DNA of 64,000 bases from a virus. Within the stretch, counting starts at the first letter, position 1. Each line of letters opens with the position of its first letter. The position numbers and the translations under genes are program-made. Of this stretch, positions 36,895 to 46,840 are shown one piece after another. The DNA is taken from IMG/VR virus record IMGVR_UViG_3300046673_000306, positions 32,001 to 96,000 of that record; one strand, written 5' to 3'. The notes beneath the pieces were generated by a model. That model was not told the origin of the DNA. It saw nothing but the letters and a program-made list of their open reading frames with translations, and made no database searches.

Positions 36895-39800
36895 TCAGCA
36901 CTTTGGATCGATGTATGCGATCGCCAGTCCCATTATGTAATACTGCTGCGTCAGCTGGTTGGACGGGGTCACGGTCAGGCTTAGATTTTTCTGCACGGAG
37001 CCTGAGGAGTTGGTCGCGATGATCGTAAAATTAATGGTGTTGGTCTGCCCGCTCATGACCGTGCTCGTCGTAATTGCTGCACTCGGACCGACTGGGGCGG
37101 AGTACGTTGTTGTGGTGGGTACAGACCTCGCCGCTGGGGCAGAACTTGAGGTCAGGACACCGGATATTTCTCCTGTATATTTATTTATCGATAATCCCTC
37201 GGGGAGACCGAGAGCGTTATATGAGGTGGGGTTGTTCAGAGCCACGATCGCGTACGTGAACGGGACCCCAACTTTTGCAGACGCCGACAGTTGACTGGTT
37301 ATGACAGGAGCGGGCAACCGGGAGGAACCTGGAGCGGCAGAAGACGGAGCCGCTCCCAAAAAAGAGCTTAGCATAGAGGTAAAAGATGGTGGCACCGAGG
37401 CCGGAGGCGCGGATGGGGTAGATATGCTGACGTGGTTCCTGTCTATCGCACTGGGCAGGAATGAGTTAGTGTTGATCCAGATCGTGGGGACGCCCTTTAT
37501 CGTATTCCCCAGAAATTCTGGGAGGTCGGCAATGATTGCTTGGGCCGCTACGACTTCCAGGGCGTGGCCCAGGCTGTAGGGGGACTGGGCTACATAGATA
37601 TATGCCGCGATCGGGAATTTGAACGATATTATTGGCGTAGTGTCGATCCCGGCCTGCTGCAATGGCGCGAGGAAGGCGGAGGCCCCAGTTTTTTGCAGGA
37701 TGTCCCCGGTTGGGAACGTCTCCCTGAGTACGAACTTTATCTTTGAACTCCCTAGATAGGCCTTGAATGCCAGTACCTCGGGGTTCGCGATCAGGGCCGC
37801 AAGCTCTTGTTCGGCGGAATTTATTTCCTTCCCTATGAAATTATTCAACTTAGTTAAGTAAGCCGCGACCAGCTCCGGGCCTTTGTTTTTTACATCTTTG
37901 AGGAAATTCCATATCTTACCCGGGGCGTTCTCGATGTCGGTCACGGCATTATTATACGCTGTTACCACCGAAGACCAGGCTTGAGATCGGGCCGCTACGA
38001 TTCTGGGCTTTGACTGCTTCGGGTTCTTCTTCTTGCTTTGCTTGTTGCAGAGTGCGGATCGGATCACCGAGGTCGAGAGCACTGCTGAAATCTTGGTTAT
38101 GAACGTTCTCGTGGCTGAGGCCTTCACCGGTTGACAGGTGAATCCGAACTGACTTGAGGTACCGGGGTTTAACGCTGCGGGATTTCCCGTCGCGATGAAG
38201 TTCAACTTGGCGCTGGCAACGCTCACGAAATTAGTGGCGTTCACCGCCGCGTTCCCCTGGCCGTAAAAGTTACACATGCTGGTGTACGTTTCGTCCGTCT
38301 GTGGTCCGGACGTCCCATATCCCACGCTACCGCTGGGAAGCGCGTCTGTCCAATGCCGACCATGGGTGAGCCCTAGGGTTGTGGTAAAATCCTTGCCCTG
38401 CGTGTAGCTGTGGTTAATGGTTGATATGTAGTAGACGAGCATCTGCTGCAACGACGTGAGAGTGCTGTTCGGGGTCGTGGTCGAGGGTGCCGTCGACGTA
38501 GACGTGGCCGTCGAGACCGTGGAGTTGGCGGGCAAGGACACTCCTGGAGCCGAGGTCGCAAACGGGTTTAGGCTCACCGATTGCAGGGCGCCCCCCAGGT
38601 TTCCGACAAAGGCTACGGTGTTGCACAGCCTCAGCTCGGGAGTCCCGTTTATGGTCACGGTCGCCGACTTCAGCTCGGCGTTGCGTCGGTTCAGGAGCGC
38701 GCGACAGTAACTGGCGCGGCCCTGATCGACATTATACTGGTCACCTTGGTTGGCCTGGCTCGGACCAACCTGCCCAGACGGGGGCGGGGTCGTGCCACTG
38801 AAAATTGGCGATGATTTTTTCTGGTACCTGACCGCGTACCTCTGGAGGACTGGGGTTGAAGTCTGGACAAAGGACCTGCCCTGGATAATAGGATCGATCG
38901 TGCTACCGTTTGCGAAGAAGCTCGGTTGCGTGTCGAGTTCCATCACGGTTACCACCGCCTTCTCGTCCACGGAGTGAGCTTCGGAAATAATGTCGATGTC
39001 CTCGATGTAGTACTGGGGGGCGAACGGGTTCAGATAGTAGAGCGGCGGATGATAGTTGAGGACCCCCATGTTGTCGGCGTACCACTCGAATTCTTGGACC
39101 TCGGCGATCTGGGCGCAGACCTCCCATTTTGTTAGTTCATCCGTCTCCCACATCCTGAACGCGTCCCGGAGCTGAGTCGCGTACGGTGGCCAGTTATTGG
39201 CCAGATCATTGAAGATGTTGACCTTGATGTCCTTAAAATCCCAGGCCAAGTTCACGACCTGGTTCCCGATGCTCACGGTTGATGTAGTTGTGCTCTTAGT
39301 CGCCGCCGCATTGGTCGCGGTCGATGTCGCGGCGGTGGACGCGGTTGGAGTCGTCCCGGGGATGGCAAGTACTGGCGCTGGAGTAGTCGCTTGATTGGAC
39401 AAAGCGGTCGCGGAAGCCGAAGTCGATGTCGCGGTCATGACCGTGGCTGGCATGTATCCGGGGCCGCTTTGAACATTGACCGTCGTAGCCACGAACGTGG
39501 CGTTGGACATTCCCAGGATGGAGCCCGTCTGACCCTGGATTACGCTCTGCACCATTTCGCCGCCGGTAAGATTATTGGGCTGGTTCTCGGCGGCGATCAG
39601 GCTGCTTCCAAAGACCGTGGTCTGTAGGCCGAGGCTGTTCAGGGTCGTATCCAACTGGGGGTCGATGTTTATCCTGGCGAGGCGCACCATCCTCCCGACA
39701 TCCTCGCCATCGACCTTTACGGCCACGGTGCTGCCTGAGTAGGAAACGCTAGTTTTAGTCACGAATCCGGTGAAAATGGGGTAGTAATCGGTGGGGAAGT

Positions 39801-40983
39801 TAGCGCTCACAGAGTAGCGCCTCCTGGCCCAAATCTGAATCATGTCGAAGGGCGCGATCGTGGTTTCCCGCATGTTCGCGGTTAAGATGCTCAGGGTCCG
39901 AGCCGGGATCGCCGACCCGCGCGTGGTCGTTGATCCGCTAGACACCTGCTTCTCAAGGTTCGCCATGTTAAAGACGTCATTGACCTGGAGCCCGAAGAAG
40001 AGGTCTGGAACCTGACCGTTGGCTGCCAGGGGCAAGTGGAAGGTAACGGACCCGGTGCCGGGCTGTCCCTTCCTGTTCATCGAGGTCTGCATCGAGTAGG
40101 GGCCGAGCAGGCAGTCGAGCAGGATCGGATCGTAGAAGGGTTGGAGCGCTGAGGACTTTTTCAGGACCGAGAGGTTGCTCTTGGCGTCGTTCAGCTGAGT
40201 GTTCAGGATCGCAATCTGTTGCTGGAGGTCTATTGCGAGTCCGAGTTTGTCGGTGGAAACCCCGACCAGATTTTGGAGGGCATTCAAGTTGGTGATCAAA
40301 TTGCTGAGCAGCGTCCCCGTGGTCTGCTGTCCGGGGATTGCCGAGGTCCCGATGCTATTAATAAAGGCACTGGCGACGTTGTTCTTGATCAGAGTCGTGA
40401 GCGCATCCTCTATGGCTGTACATGTGTTCTGGATGTCGGCCATCGGCAATGGTATGGTGTTTGATATTGAAGTCACGTTGTTTAAGGTCGTCTGGAAATT
40501 TGAAGAGGCCTGGGAAAGAGGGGACGGTGCAGTCGGGCTACTCGGAATCGAGTTGAAATTATTTATGTTCGTAACCAACTTCGGGTAGAATGCGAGGTCG
40601 GTCTGGAGCTGGTTCTGCTGCGCCGTGCTGAGGCTGAACTCGGAGGGGTTTATTGATAGGCCAGCCAACTCATTTTTGAAACTGGTTAACTGGGCGCTCA
40701 GGCTCGCCACGTTCGCGATTGCCTTTGCGAGGTTGTCCTCGAATTCGGTGGCCACGGACCTAGCCTTGATCGTGACCTGCTTATTAAACTGCGTTGGCTG
40801 ATACGATGCAAAGGCCTGTTTTATCTGCTTATCCGAGGGCATCGTCACGTCCTGGGAATAGGCCGAACCCGTGATCTGGCTCGGGGCGAGCGTAACGCCA
40901 GGAACATAGGTCAGCTCTCCGGGGACCAGGAGCCTCCGGAAGAAGACCTTGATGTCCGGTTGCGGCGTGATCACGTTCGGCAT
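36895..40983 (-). CDS. Baseplate hub-like protein with a C-terminal He_PIG-type Ig domain
   Basis: IFTGFVT...DGED; FEWYAD..G; GTPELR...YYI..I.H; GLPEGLSINKYTGEISG. Confidence 0.75.
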   Translation of the reverse strand: MPNVITPQPDIKVFFRRLLVPGELTYVPGVTLAPSQITGSAYSQDVTMPSDKQIKQAFASYQPTQFNKQVTIKARSVATEFEDNLAKAIANVASLSAQLTSFKNELAGLSINPSEFSLSTAQQNQLQTDLAFYPKLVTNINNFNSIPSSPTAPSPLSQASSNFQTTLNNVTSISNTIPLPMADIQNTCTAIEDALTTLIKNNVASAFINSIGTSAIPGQQTTGTLLSNLITNLNALQNLVGVSTDKLGLAIDLQQQIAILNTQLNDAKSNLSVLKKSSALQPFYDPILLDCLLGPYSMQTSMNRKGQPGTGSVTFHLPLAANGQVPDLFFGLQVNDVFNMANLEKQVSSGSTTTRGSAIPARTLSILTANMRETTIAPFDMIQIWARRRYSVSANFPTDYYPIFTGFVTKTSVSYSGSTVAVKVDGEDVGRMVRLARINIDPQLDTTLNSLGLQTTVFGSSLIAAENQPNNLTGGEMVQSVIQGQTGSILGMSNATFVATTVNVQSGPGYMPATVMTATSTSASATALSNQATTPAPVLAIPGTTPTASTAATSTATNAAATKSTTTSTVSIGNQVVNLAWDFKDIKVNIFNDLANNWPPYATQLRDAFRMWETDELTKWEVCAQIAEVQEFEWYADNMGVLNYHPPLYYLNPFAPQYYIEDIDIISEAHSVDEKAVVTVMELDTQPSFFANGSTIDPIIQGRSFVQTSTPVLQRYAVRYQKKSSPIFSGTTPPPSGQVGPSQANQGDQYNVDQGRASYCRALLNRRNAELKSATVTINGTPELRLCNTVAFVGNLGGALQSVSLNPFATSAPGVSLPANSTVSTATSTSTAPSTTTPNSTLTSLQQMLVYYISTINHSYTQGKDFTTTLGLTHGRHWTDALPSGSVGYGTSGPQTDETYTSMCNFYGQGNAAVNATNFVSVASAKLNFIATGNPAALNPGTSSQFGFTCQPVKASATRTFITKISAVLSTSVIRSALCNKQSKKKNPKQSKPRIVAARSQAWSSVVTAYNNAVTDIENAPGKIWNFLKDVKNKGPELVAAYLTKLNNFIGKEINSAEQELAALIANPEVLAFKAYLGSSKIKFVLRETFPTGDILQKTGASAFLAPLQQAGIDTTPIISFKFPIAAYIYVAQSPYSLGHALEVVAAQAIIADLPEFLGNTIKGVPTIWINTNSFLPSAIDRNHVSISTPSAPPASVPPSFTSMLSSFLGAAPSSAAPGSSRLPAPVITSQLSASAKVGVPFTYAIVALNNPTSYNALGLPEGLSINKYTGEISGVLTSSSAPAARSVPTTTTYSAPVGPSAAITTSTVMSGQTNTINFTIIATNSSGSVQKNLSLTVTPSNQLTQQYYIMGLAIAYIDPKC

Positions 40984-40984
40984 A

Positions 40985-41725
40985 TTAGAAGAGCTGGACC
41001 CCCCAGCCGCTGCCGTACTGAACGGGAGACGCTGCGATCGCGCTTATGTTAGTTTTATTGATGTTGCCGAGCTTGTTCATGTTGATGAGATTCGCTGCCG
41101 TCGTCGCGATGTTGCTGCTGAGGACAGAAGTCACGTTCTTGGTCACGGTAAACGTGAAGCTATAGGTAAACTGGTACGGGACGTCGGCGCTAAGGCTATA
41201 GGAAAAATCGTTGAAGTACCCGTTCAGGACCTGACTCTCGTATAGCATGGAAAGGATCGGGTTACCGAGGAATGGCTGGGCATCGTTGAATCGGCTCTGG
41301 TAGCACTGGCGCTTGAGCAGCTCGAACGCGGCCAGAGGTTGCTTGCTGACCTGGAAGTAGGCGGTGGCCGCCGTCACGGTTATGATCTCAAGGTCGTGGC
41401 CCCAAAACTGGACGACGAAGCCGCCGCGCGTTGGTTTCTTGTCCAGGAGTACGTTCTTCTTTACCTCTATCGTCTTCGGGTTCAGGTAGAGTTGGACCAC
41501 GGGGTTCTGGACCTGCCCCAGCAAGAAGTCTGCGGAGTTGAAATTTGCGGTCAGGCTGCTGAAGTTCTTCAGCTGGCTGGCGCTGGGGACGGCGGCCTTC
41601 AGGAAATTGGTGGCATTCTGCCCGACCTGGGCCGTCAAGCCGTTGGCTCCTAGGGTCGCGACCACGAGGTCGGTGAACGCCATCTTCGTCACGTGGAGGC
41701 TGGATGCTGTCGGGATTATGGCCAT
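40985..41725 (-). CDS. Tail tube initiator-like protein
   Basis: LYLNP..I...TRGGFVVQFWG...GYF..FSY...PY.F.Y.F.F. Confidence 0.7.
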   Translation of the reverse strand: MAIIPTASSLHVTKMAFTDLVVATLGANGLTAQVGQNATNFLKAAVPSASQLKNFSSLTANFNSADFLLGQVQNPVVQLYLNPKTIEVKKNVLLDKKPTRGGFVVQFWGHDLEIITVTAATAYFQVSKQPLAAFELLKRQCYQSRFNDAQPFLGNPILSMLYESQVLNGYFNDFSYSLSADVPYQFTYSFTFTVTKNVTSVLSSNIATTAANLINMNKLGNINKTNISAIAASPVQYGSGWGVQLF

Positions 41726-41727
41726 AT

Positions 41728-43659
41728 CTATACCGAGTAGATGGCTCTGCTGGCTTGTTCTGTTATTTTATCTGCCAGCTCGGAACACGCTAGTTTTATG
41801 TCGTCGCCTATTTCCCGACGACTCGCACCCACCGTGACATGAGCTTGAACATGTATGGTGGTGGTCGACGATCCGGCTTCTTCCTTGATATACCCAACAG
41901 GAGAGCGTGGCATTGGTTTTCTGGTACCGAATTTCTTATCCGGATTCGGATCACTGGTAAATATCATCGGTTCCCAACTTCCTTCCGGATGTTCTTTCCT
42001 TTCTTTTTGTTCGCGGGCCGCTTCATTCCATCCGTTCTTGAATCCCTCTCCGAAAGAAGTGGTACCGATACCTGTGTTGGGAACCATTTTCTTTGGATTT
42101 TCAGCAAAATCCCCTGCTTTTTTCATGGCCGATACTAACCCTTCCCTACCAAGTATCCCAAGTTCCCTATCTATTTCCAGTATCCTATCCGATAATTTCC
42201 TGGCAGAATCAGCAGCTTTTTCACCAGCTGTTGAAAGATTTTTTAGTGCGACTGTGGAAGCATCGCGCTGCTTATCCATGGTGTCGGCTACGGATTCTTT
42301 TCTGGTTAGATCGAGTTTTTCTGGATGCTCAAATTGCTTCTGATATTCTTCCGGGCTTGCCAGAGGGGAGCCCGAGAAAAGGTCATAGAGTTTTTGGAAT
42401 ACCAGCAGTTGATTTTGCCCGCCCATTTCCTTGGCCATGGTCTGGGCTAATCCGGCAGCCCCCCCAGATGCTTCGTAGGCCGATTTCCCACGATCGCTCA
42501 TCATTGTGTGCAGAATCTCGTCCATGGACATGCCTTGACGCAGGCCCATCTTGGCGGCCATGTCCGGAGAATGTTGCATTATCATCGTGGCGCGCTCGAT
42601 CATTTTGTCAAAGCCACCGGCTTCCGTCGAGTATCCTGCTGCAAGTTGCTGAGCAGTCACCGTGCCACGCTGAAGTTGCTTAGCGAATGTTGACGTCAAT
42701 GCCGACGCCTCATCTGCCGATCCCCCAAGGGTCTTTATGGAATCTGATACGGAATCGAACTCCTTTGAGAATACAGTGATCCCGACACCGGCCTTGTGCG
42801 CTCCGGTCACGAACGACGCATAGGCGCTATCCATGGCTGGTCCAGATAGCTGGAATTGAGTTCCGAGTCTCGACACTATCTCAGTGCTTCTGCCTAGTTC
42901 TAATCCATTGGCAGAGTGCATCAGGGCTGCCAATCCAACAGAATGGGCAAGAGCATCGGTCGCCGCCTGACCGCGAGACATGCTTGACGTTGTGGCCCCA
43001 ACAGCTATTCCGGCCTCAGAGAAAGATTGAGCCATCTTTGCCGCTTGTTCCTGTTCTATGTTGAGCTGGGTTCCAGCTGATATCATGCTATCAGCCATCG
43101 TCTTAAACCCAAGTCCGGTTTCTTCGGCGGAGCCGCCCATTGCCAGAACAGATTCCCCGGCTGCTCTTTGAGCCATAGTCGCGTCATCAGCTGCCCTGAC
43201 CTGGGCGGTCAAGGCATTAGCGGCTGCGGCAGCTATTGTCGCAAGGGGCGCCATCTCAGGAACTAATGCGCTGATGGTTGTCGCCAGACCATTCGCCACA
43301 TTATCTATAGCGTTTCCCAAATTCCTGGTTAAGGCTGTTCCTGTTGTTACCGTGACCGCATTGATCACCGACGAGATTGTGTTCAGAGCCGACTCGGTGG
43401 CAGAGACTGCTGTTGCCAGTTGCCGCAGCTTCTTGTCTGACTCCTCCCTAGTTTTCCTCTCGGCATCGGTAGCATGGAGCATCTTCCCTAGGGACTCCGA
43501 GACCTTGTCCATGGCATCGGCAGCCCGGCCCATCGCGTCCGAGGCCTTCCCCGTATTCTCGGAAGCGCTCTCCACGGATTTGATGTAGTCTTCCAGTTTT
43601 GGGTTCGAGGGCATCAGCGACCCCGGCCCCGGCATATTCGGCACTTCCGGATCAGCCAC
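41728..43659 (-). CDS. Tape measure protein (putative)
   Basis: Ala/Gly-rich helical protein directly after the tail chaperones. Confidence 0.75.
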   Translation of the reverse strand: MADPEVPNMPGPGSLMPSNPKLEDYIKSVESASENTGKASDAMGRAADAMDKVSESLGKMLHATDAERKTREESDKKLRQLATAVSATESALNTISSVINAVTVTTGTALTRNLGNAIDNVANGLATTISALVPEMAPLATIAAAAANALTAQVRAADDATMAQRAAGESVLAMGGSAEETGLGFKTMADSMISAGTQLNIEQEQAAKMAQSFSEAGIAVGATTSSMSRGQAATDALAHSVGLAALMHSANGLELGRSTEIVSRLGTQFQLSGPAMDSAYASFVTGAHKAGVGITVFSKEFDSVSDSIKTLGGSADEASALTSTFAKQLQRGTVTAQQLAAGYSTEAGGFDKMIERATMIMQHSPDMAAKMGLRQGMSMDEILHTMMSDRGKSAYEASGGAAGLAQTMAKEMGGQNQLLVFQKLYDLFSGSPLASPEEYQKQFEHPEKLDLTRKESVADTMDKQRDASTVALKNLSTAGEKAADSARKLSDRILEIDRELGILGREGLVSAMKKAGDFAENPKKMVPNTGIGTTSFGEGFKNGWNEAAREQKERKEHPEGSWEPMIFTSDPNPDKKFGTRKPMPRSPVGYIKEEAGSSTTTIHVQAHVTVGASRREIGDDIKLACSELADKITEQASRAIYSV

Positions 43660-44077
43660 GTTCAGCCTCCTCTGCCCACTTCTTCCTCAGCTTCGCCAGG
43701 GCCACAGGGCCCTCGGCGTCGACCTTTCTTCCGTTCGTGATCAGCTCCTGTACCCGGCGCTCATGATCGAAGTCCACTATCTTTTTTACCTTCACCTGCG
43801 TGCTGCCCGCAGCCGTCTTCGACATCGACGAGGTCTCCGTCACCGGCTTCTCCGGGGTCGGGTCATCGTCGCTACCGCCCCCGCACATGATCCTGGAGAT
43901 GGCCTCTACGACTTGCCTGGCCTTCTCCCACTCCCGGTGATCCTCCATGATAGCGCACCGGATGTACATGCGTCTCTGCCACTGCGGCAGCCGGTAGAAC
44001 TGGTCGAAACCTCCGAGACCCAGCGCCCCGACTACTTTCCAGCACCAGTAGAGGTAGTCGGGGTCGGTGCGTTTTTT
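43652..44077 (-). CDS. Tail assembly chaperone C-terminal extension (gpT-like), reached by -1 frameshift
   Basis: The -1 frame is open from the slippery site: RTDPDYLYWCWK...QRRMYIRCAI... Confidence 0.8.
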   Translation of the reverse strand, partial: KKRTDPDYLYWCWKVVGALGLGGFDQFYRLPQWQRRMYIRCAIMEDHREWEKARQVVEAISRIMCGGGSDDDPTPEKPVTETSSMSKTAAGSTQVKVKKIVDFDHERRVQELITNGRKVDAEGPVALAKLRKKWAEEAERG

Positions 44078-44439
44078 TCGAGCGCCGCGACGGCCTGGTC
44101 CCTCTTGGCCTCCAACTTAACCAATTCCTCGTATACCCGGTTGATCACCGGTGGGTGCCACTTATAGATCAGCTTCCTGGCCTTGCCCAGCTCCGTCAGG
44201 TTCTGGGACTTCTCCTCTTCCGTCACGGAAAAAGGCACGCCGTCGATCGTGCTGATCGCGCGTGCCAATTTCTCGATCTTGAGGACGTGCTCTTTGGCCT
44301 TGTCCGCGAAGGGCGTGGCAGCGGCATGGGCCATGACCTCCGCGTCCGAGTCCAGCGTCTGCATCGCGAACTTGTGCCCGAGTACGGTCGGCGCGTCCTT
44401 GACGCTTCCGATTGCGGCCAATTCTTCTGCGGGAATCAT
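44032..44439 (-). CDS. Tail assembly chaperone (gpG-like)
   Basis: AAGGAGG SD; between tube and TMP; LARAI..IDG motif. Confidence 0.85.
   Translation of the reverse strand: MIPAEELAAIGSVKDAPTVLGHKFAMQTLDSDAEVMAHAAATPFADKAKEHVLKIEKLARAISTIDGVPFSVTEEEKSQNLTELGKARKLIYKWHPPVINRVYEELVKLEAKRDQAVAALEKNAPTPTTSTGAGK
44071..44077 (-). other. Programmed -1 frameshift heptamer A AAA AAC
   Basis: In-frame GAA AAA AAC near the end of the chaperone gene. Confidence 0.85.
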
Positions 44440-44501
44440 TAGATTTCCCTCCTTATTCTGTCGTAACTAGCCCTTTTAGGCTCCCGGCAACCGCCCACTG
44501 T

Positions 44502-45104
44502 TTAGTAGGCGATCTGATTCTGGGTCACGGTCACCTTCGACTGCGCCGTCGACGTGTTCTGCGCGCTGATGTCCATGGTCTCGACGACCAGGAGGTCCCC
44601 CGTGGCCTTGATCGGCCTGGTGTAGCGCGTGATCCAGCAGTTGTTGTAGGTCGTGATCTGCTGCGCGGTGGGGTCGACCGGGCTCTGCTCGTAGACCTTG
44701 GCCGTGAAGCCGATGGGCATGTGCGCCAGGTCGAAGATGCTGTCCATGGTCGTGCCCTGGGCCTGTAGCCATGTCGTCAGGGCCGTCACGGTCTGAGCCA
44801 TGGTCAGGCCCGCTGCGGCGCTGATCCCGGCCAGGTTCCCGCTGTCGATCGCTAGCGCCACGATATTGATCATCGTCGCGCCGTAGATCGCGATGTGCTC
44901 CAGGGCCAGGGTCACCGGCTTCGGCTGCCCCGGCGCCATCTCCACGACGCCGACGCTCCCGATCTCGTAGATCGGGGTCACTTCTCGGGACTGAGTCTCG
45001 GTTGCTTGCCTGGCGTAGCCGATCGTGAACTGGCCGATGGCCAGCTGCACGTTCGGGCTGAGGACTGCGTTCGTTATTGCGTGGTTTCCGGTCACGTCTG
45101 CCAT
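44502..45104 (-). CDS. Tail tube protein
   Basis: IG....E.QSR...IYEIG...PG; YNNCWIT; follows the sheath. Confidence 0.85.
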   Translation of the reverse strand: MADVTGNHAITNAVLSPNVQLAIGQFTIGYARQATETQSREVTPIYEIGSVGVVEMAPGQPKPVTLALEHIAIYGATMINIVALAIDSGNLAGISAAAGLTMAQTVTALTTWLQAQGTTMDSIFDLAHMPIGFTAKVYEQSPVDPTAQQITTYNNCWITRYTRPIKATGDLLVVETMDISAQNTSTAQSKVTVTQNQIAY

Positions 45105-45133
45105 GGTACTCCTCCTCTCTCAAAGATGACGGC

Positions 45134-46840
45134 TTAGGCCAGGCTCAGGTCGATCGTGAAGTTGATGAGGATGTCCAGGACCTCGCCAGCGGGCTTGTAC
45201 GAGAACGACACCGTGTACTTGGTGATCGATCCCGGGTTCAGGAACGCGGACGACGGAGCAAAGGCCAAGATATCGCCGGAGGCGATCCTGGTCGTCAGGT
45301 ACAAGTCCGTGATGTCCTCGATCTCGGACGGGACCGTGGGGCTGCCGCGTTGGCCCAGGACCTGGCGCCGCAGCTCGTTGCGCAGACCCGAGATCATGTC
45401 GTCCCTAGTCTCCACCGTGGGGATGCTCTTCTCGATGTCGCTGGAGATGTCGACGGTGACGTCGTTGGCCGTGGTTACGACCCCGCTGAAGCTCTCCAGG
45501 ACCATGCCGCCGTTGTCGTCCATGGTGTCCATCTGCACGGGGTTGAACACGGTCACGAAGTCGTCGAAGACGGGGATGATCACGTTGAGTTCGGTCAGCG
45601 ACACCTGCTGCGTGCTCCGGTACGCCGCGAGGGCAACGGCCACGTACGAGCCGTCGAGCGTGAGTTCCAACGCCGCGTTGTTGGACACGATCGACAGCTG
45701 CGGGTCGTAGTTGCAGGCGATGGTCAAGCGGCAGTTGTTGATGGCGTTGAAGCCCTGAAGCGCGGAGATCAGGGAGTTGTACGTGGAGTTGTTCTTGAGA
45801 CCGGCGTAGCACCGGCGCTCGGACAGGAACTGCGGGTCCGCCATCTGGATGCAGTGCGCGAAGCACGCGGCGATCACGGGGTTCACGGACCCGTCCGCGA
45901 GGTTCCCGATCAGGGGCACGATGTAGTAGGGCTTGATCCCGGCCACCGGCTGCTGGAGCTTGAGCAGCGCCGCCTGGAAGTCGGCCAGGGTCGGGGCGCC
46001 GGGGGTCGCGGGCGTGATCTGGCACAAGATCAACTGGCTGGCGCCGATCCCGGGGTCCATCGCGATCTGGGCGGCCATGGACAGCTGCGAGGCTGGGTCC
46101 AAGGTCCCGGGGCTGATCACGGACGTGATGGGTCCGTACTGGGATATGATCGGACCGAGGTTTCCTCCGGAGAAGTACATCGGGACGTAGTCGGAGGCGA
46201 CCTTGGCATAGGTGTAGGTTGTCCAATACACGGCATCCGCCGCCGGTCCGTGACCCGCGATCCAGACGATGCCGGTGGGCCCCAGGACGTAGTCAGTGCC
46301 CAGGGCGTAGTCGGTCGTGGTCTGGAAGTTGCCGACGCGGGTGATCACCAGCGGGGGGTGAGCCAGGGTATCGGTGCTGCCGACGGGCACGGGGTCCGTC
46401 GCCACGATCCCGGTGTCGCTGAAGGTCAGGCCCGTTACTTGACCGATCAGGCCGAGGCCGAGGGTCGCGGGGGAGTCGCCCTCGACCGTGCGGTAGACGT
46501 TGTAGCCGATGGCGCCGGGGATCGCGGTCCAGGACAGGGCATTGTAGTTCGTTTTGCTGAGCACGGCGTTGCCCGAGGACGTGGTCGCGCCTGCGGAGGC
46601 CACGCTCTCTCCGCCGGGGTTGGCGGCGGTGATGACGTAGGTCCAGGTCGCGGTTCCGGCAGTGCCCATGACCGTCAGGGTCTGAGACGCGGGGGGCAGG
46701 AGTCCGAAGCGAGTGTCCTCCTCCGTGACCGTGAACGTGGTCGACCCCTCTCCGATGATGGCCAGGACCCTCTGGGAAGCCGAGGTCGGGGCTCCGGTCG
46801 GGGACGGCGTGTACTGACTCGTGACTCTAGGCAATGCCAT
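45134..46840 (-). CDS. Tail sheath protein with an FN3-like insertion
   Basis: LAIIGEG N-terminus; HC..M......ER; C-terminal V.FSYKP...I.I.F. Confidence 0.9.
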   Translation of the reverse strand: MALPRVTSQYTPSPTGAPTSASQRVLAIIGEGSTTFTVTEEDTRFGLLPPASQTLTVMGTAGTATWTYVITAANPGGESVASAGATTSSGNAVLSKTNYNALSWTAIPGAIGYNVYRTVEGDSPATLGLGLIGQVTGLTFSDTGIVATDPVPVGSTDTLAHPPLVITRVGNFQTTTDYALGTDYVLGPTGIVWIAGHGPAADAVYWTTYTYAKVASDYVPMYFSGGNLGPIISQYGPITSVISPGTLDPASQLSMAAQIAMDPGIGASQLILCQITPATPGAPTLADFQAALLKLQQPVAGIKPYYIVPLIGNLADGSVNPVIAACFAHCIQMADPQFLSERRCYAGLKNNSTYNSLISALQGFNAINNCRLTIACNYDPQLSIVSNNAALELTLDGSYVAVALAAYRSTQQVSLTELNVIIPVFDDFVTVFNPVQMDTMDDNGGMVLESFSGVVTTANDVTVDISSDIEKSIPTVETRDDMISGLRNELRRQVLGQRGSPTVPSEIEDITDLYLTTRIASGDILAFAPSSAFLNPGSITKYTVSFSYKPAGEVLDILINFTIDLSLA

